DNA of 64,000 bases, taken from IMG/VR virus record IMGVR_UViG_3300045988_096244. One strand, given 5' to 3'. Numbering within the stretch: position 1 is the stretch's first letter; each line of letters starts with the position of its first letter. The notes below the pieces were generated by a model. It was not told where the DNA came from and ran no database searches. It worked only from the letters and a program-made list of their open reading frames with translations. Positions 62,680 to 64,000 of this stretch are shown here, piece by piece. Source of the DNA: a virus. The translations under genes were made by a program, and so were the position numbers.

Positions 62680-62802
62680 TACAACCCCCAAACAAGAATA
62701 AATTCAAATATCCATATACATAACCATAATATATACATCATACCTATAGAATATTCATAAGGTAATATACATATAATATAAACCATCAATCATATATGGC
62801 TT

Positions 62803-63520
62803 TTAGGATTAGCTTTTATCTTAGAAGCCTTTAGTTTGACTGTTAAGATAGGGCAAAAGTTAACAAGCAGTCATTGTGACAGGTCAGGACAACGAAAAAG
62901 TCCAAGGGCCATAAAATCAGGTTAGGGCAAATTTTTTGGTTAAGGCAATATTAGGGCCTTACGGTGTACCCTAAGAGCTCTGGAGCTATCTATGTTACTA
63001 TACGTATTAGCTAAGTCGACTTAGGGCCCTAAGACCAGGAACAAGGTCCTAAAAGCACCTTTAAGGTACCTAAACCCCTACCTTATTCAAGTCTATATAT
63101 ATATATATAATATAAGTATATTAAGGATAAGGCTTAAGGCAGTAGCTAAGGCCTTTTCGATAAAGAGACATTAGGCCCCCCTGACTCTTGATATCTACAG
63201 CTTGACTCTATATTCATATTGGTACACTGATGGTACCTAAGATGGGCCTTAATCCCAAGCCTTAAAGAGTACAATCTATATTATATATATATATATGCGA
63301 GTCTTTTAGGTCATTTTGGAACAGGTGTCTAAAATCGATATGCCAGGAATAGAGTATTGGAGATTTGATTTCTCAAGTTAAGGCTGGTTTAAGGCACATT
63401 TAGGGTACCTTAAAAGGCCTTTTTGTGGTAGGTTAAGGTACCTTAATATAGCCTTCATATTATATAAGGATTGGCTTTTAGTGGCCTTTGGGATTATGGC
63501 CTTGGGCCTTATGAAGGCCT
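62803..63520. repeat. non-coding array of about 20 or more TTA(A/G)GG(C/G/T) half-sites in both orientations (iteron/operator-like)
   Basis: TTAGGGC 62922, TTAAGGC 62940, TTAGGGC 62951, TTAAGGC 63134, 63378, 63389; GCCTTAA 63246, 63259. Perfect 14-bp palindromes CTTAGGGCCCTAAG 63020-63033 and TTAAGGTACCTTAA 63433-63446. Confidence 0.75.
63095..63296. repeat. perfect 20-bp inverted repeat of (AT)7AATATA flanking a 162-bp iteron-containing core
   Basis: atatatatatatataatata 63095-63114; its reverse complement tatattatatatatatatat 63277-63296. Confidence 0.85.
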
Positions 63521-63562
63521 CCAATTATTATTTGCATATATAATATATTATATCTATATTTG
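63506..63562 (+). repeat. 57-nt direct repeat copy 1 (promoter cassette)
   Basis: gccttatgaaggcctccaattattatttgcatatataatatattatatctatatttg, identical to 63829-63885. Confidence 0.9.
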
Positions 63563-63570
63563 CATAACGA
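63527..63570 (+). promoter_or_regulatory. Bacteroidota-type promoter TTATTTGCATA-N-TATATTTGCATAACGAAA
   Basis: TTTG 63531-63534; tatatttg 63555-63562; 43 nt before ATG 63605. Confidence 0.6.
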
Positions 63571-63604
63571 AAGATAAATAATAAACTCTAAAACATTTAA
63601 GGCT

Positions 63605-63829
63605 ATGCTTAATTATAAAGACTTCACCACTGCCCTGGGAATTATCTCCAAACACCATTCAACCGAATTGGCCATCAATACTCCTCGCAATAACTTTGTA
63701 GGGTATATGGGCCAGACTAGATTCAGGTTGCATATTAAGAAATGCGTACCCGCCGTAATCCATAACCTTGTTAAGGAAGGTTTCATATTAAGTATGGGAC
63801 CTGAAGGATTAGAGGTAGATAAAATCTAG
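63605..63829 (+). CDS. hypothetical protein
   Basis: 74-aa ORF between the two promoter cassettes. Confidence 0.5.
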   Translation: MLNYKDFTTALGIISKHHSTELAINTPRNNFVGYMGQTRFRLHIKKCVPAVIHNLVKEGFILSMGPEGLEVDKI

Positions 63830-63885
63830 CCTTATGAAGGCCTCCAATTATTATTTGCATATATAATATATTATATCTATATTTG
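63829..63885 (+). repeat. 57-nt direct repeat copy 2 (promoter cassette)
   Basis: Identical to 63506-63562; starts at the last base of the preceding stop codon. Confidence 0.9.
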
Positions 63886-63893
63886 TAATGCAG
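63850..63893 (+). promoter_or_regulatory. Bacteroidota-type promoter
   Basis: TTTG 63854-63857; tatatttg 63878-63885. Confidence 0.6.
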
Positions 63894-63898
63894 TAAAA

Positions 63899-63934
63899 CA
63901 AATTAAACCAATTAAACAAATTAAACAAATTAAA
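63899..63934 (+). repeat. 4 tandem copies of the 9-nt unit CAAATTAAA (one variant CCAATTAAA) in a 5' leader
   Basis: 63899-63907, 63908-63916, 63917-63925, 63926-63934; ATG at 63937. Confidence 0.8.
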
Positions 63935-63936
63935 TT

Positions 63937-64000
63937 ATGAATTACTCGGTACACTCTTTTAAGGTTTATATTTATAAGGTTAATCCTGATAGTTGGATTA
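63937..64000 (+). CDS. 5' end of a CDS running off the window (MNYSVHSFKVYIYKVNPDSWI..)
   Basis: ATG 63937 behind a promoter cassette; open to the window end. Confidence 0.4.
   Translation, partial: MNYSVHSFKVYIYKVNPDSWI

Noticed and set aside
62803-63520. Resemblance of the TTAGGG half-site to eukaryotic telomere repeats; CRISPR-like regular repeats
   Set aside because: The copies are not tandem, occur in both orientations and have variable spacing, so this is not a telomeric array. There is no repeat-spacer periodicity and there are no cas genes, so it is not CRISPR.

Overview
This window looks like most of the genome of an AT-rich, contractile-tailed (myovirus-type) dsDNA phage. Almost all genes are on the + strand, with one convincing - strand gene. 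No integrase or repressor was recognised. Terminase, portal and capsid genes are not in the window. Layout: (1) 1-20.7 kb holds the virion, tail, baseplate and lysis genes. These are tail sheath, gp19-type tube, a chaperone with a canonical -1 slippery site, tape measure, LysM protein, gpV/gp5 spike, gp25/gpW, baseplate J, gpI-like protein, Amidase_3 endolysin and a putative fibre. (2) 20.7-48.7 kb holds replication, recombination and nucleotide metabolism. These are a sigma-like gene (- strand), DnaB-like helicase, primase, SF2 helicase, trimeric and dimeric dUTPase-type enzymes, three thymidylate-synthase-fold paralogues, a ThyX-fold protein, 3 tRNAs (Met-CAT, Pro-TGG, Leu-TAA), a family-A DNA polymerase broken by a split intein plus a free-standing endonuclease, GroES-like protein, gp32-like SSB, RecA/UvsX, FEN, P-loop kinase, SbcCD, a resolvase-like nuclease, a NusG-like protein and a sigma-region-4-like protein. 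(3) 48.7-64 kb holds many small unknown ORFs in short units. They are headed by a repeated two-box promoter (TTTG-N20-TAnnTTTG, the Bacteroidota sigma-A type, so the host is inferred to be Bacteroidota) and closed by hairpin terminators. This part also contains a set of extremely acidic or lysine-rich proteins with structural-gene-like codon usage, and a ~0.9-kb non-coding iteron/palindrome array. Most noteworthy: the fractured polA gene, a candidate pyrimidine-modification island, three HNH homing-endonuclease copies (one intact, one frameshifted, one fused to sbcD), the origin-like repeat array, the charged-protein cluster, and several ORFs interrupted by in-frame stops or frameshifts. All functional calls come from motif recognition by eye; no database search was run.
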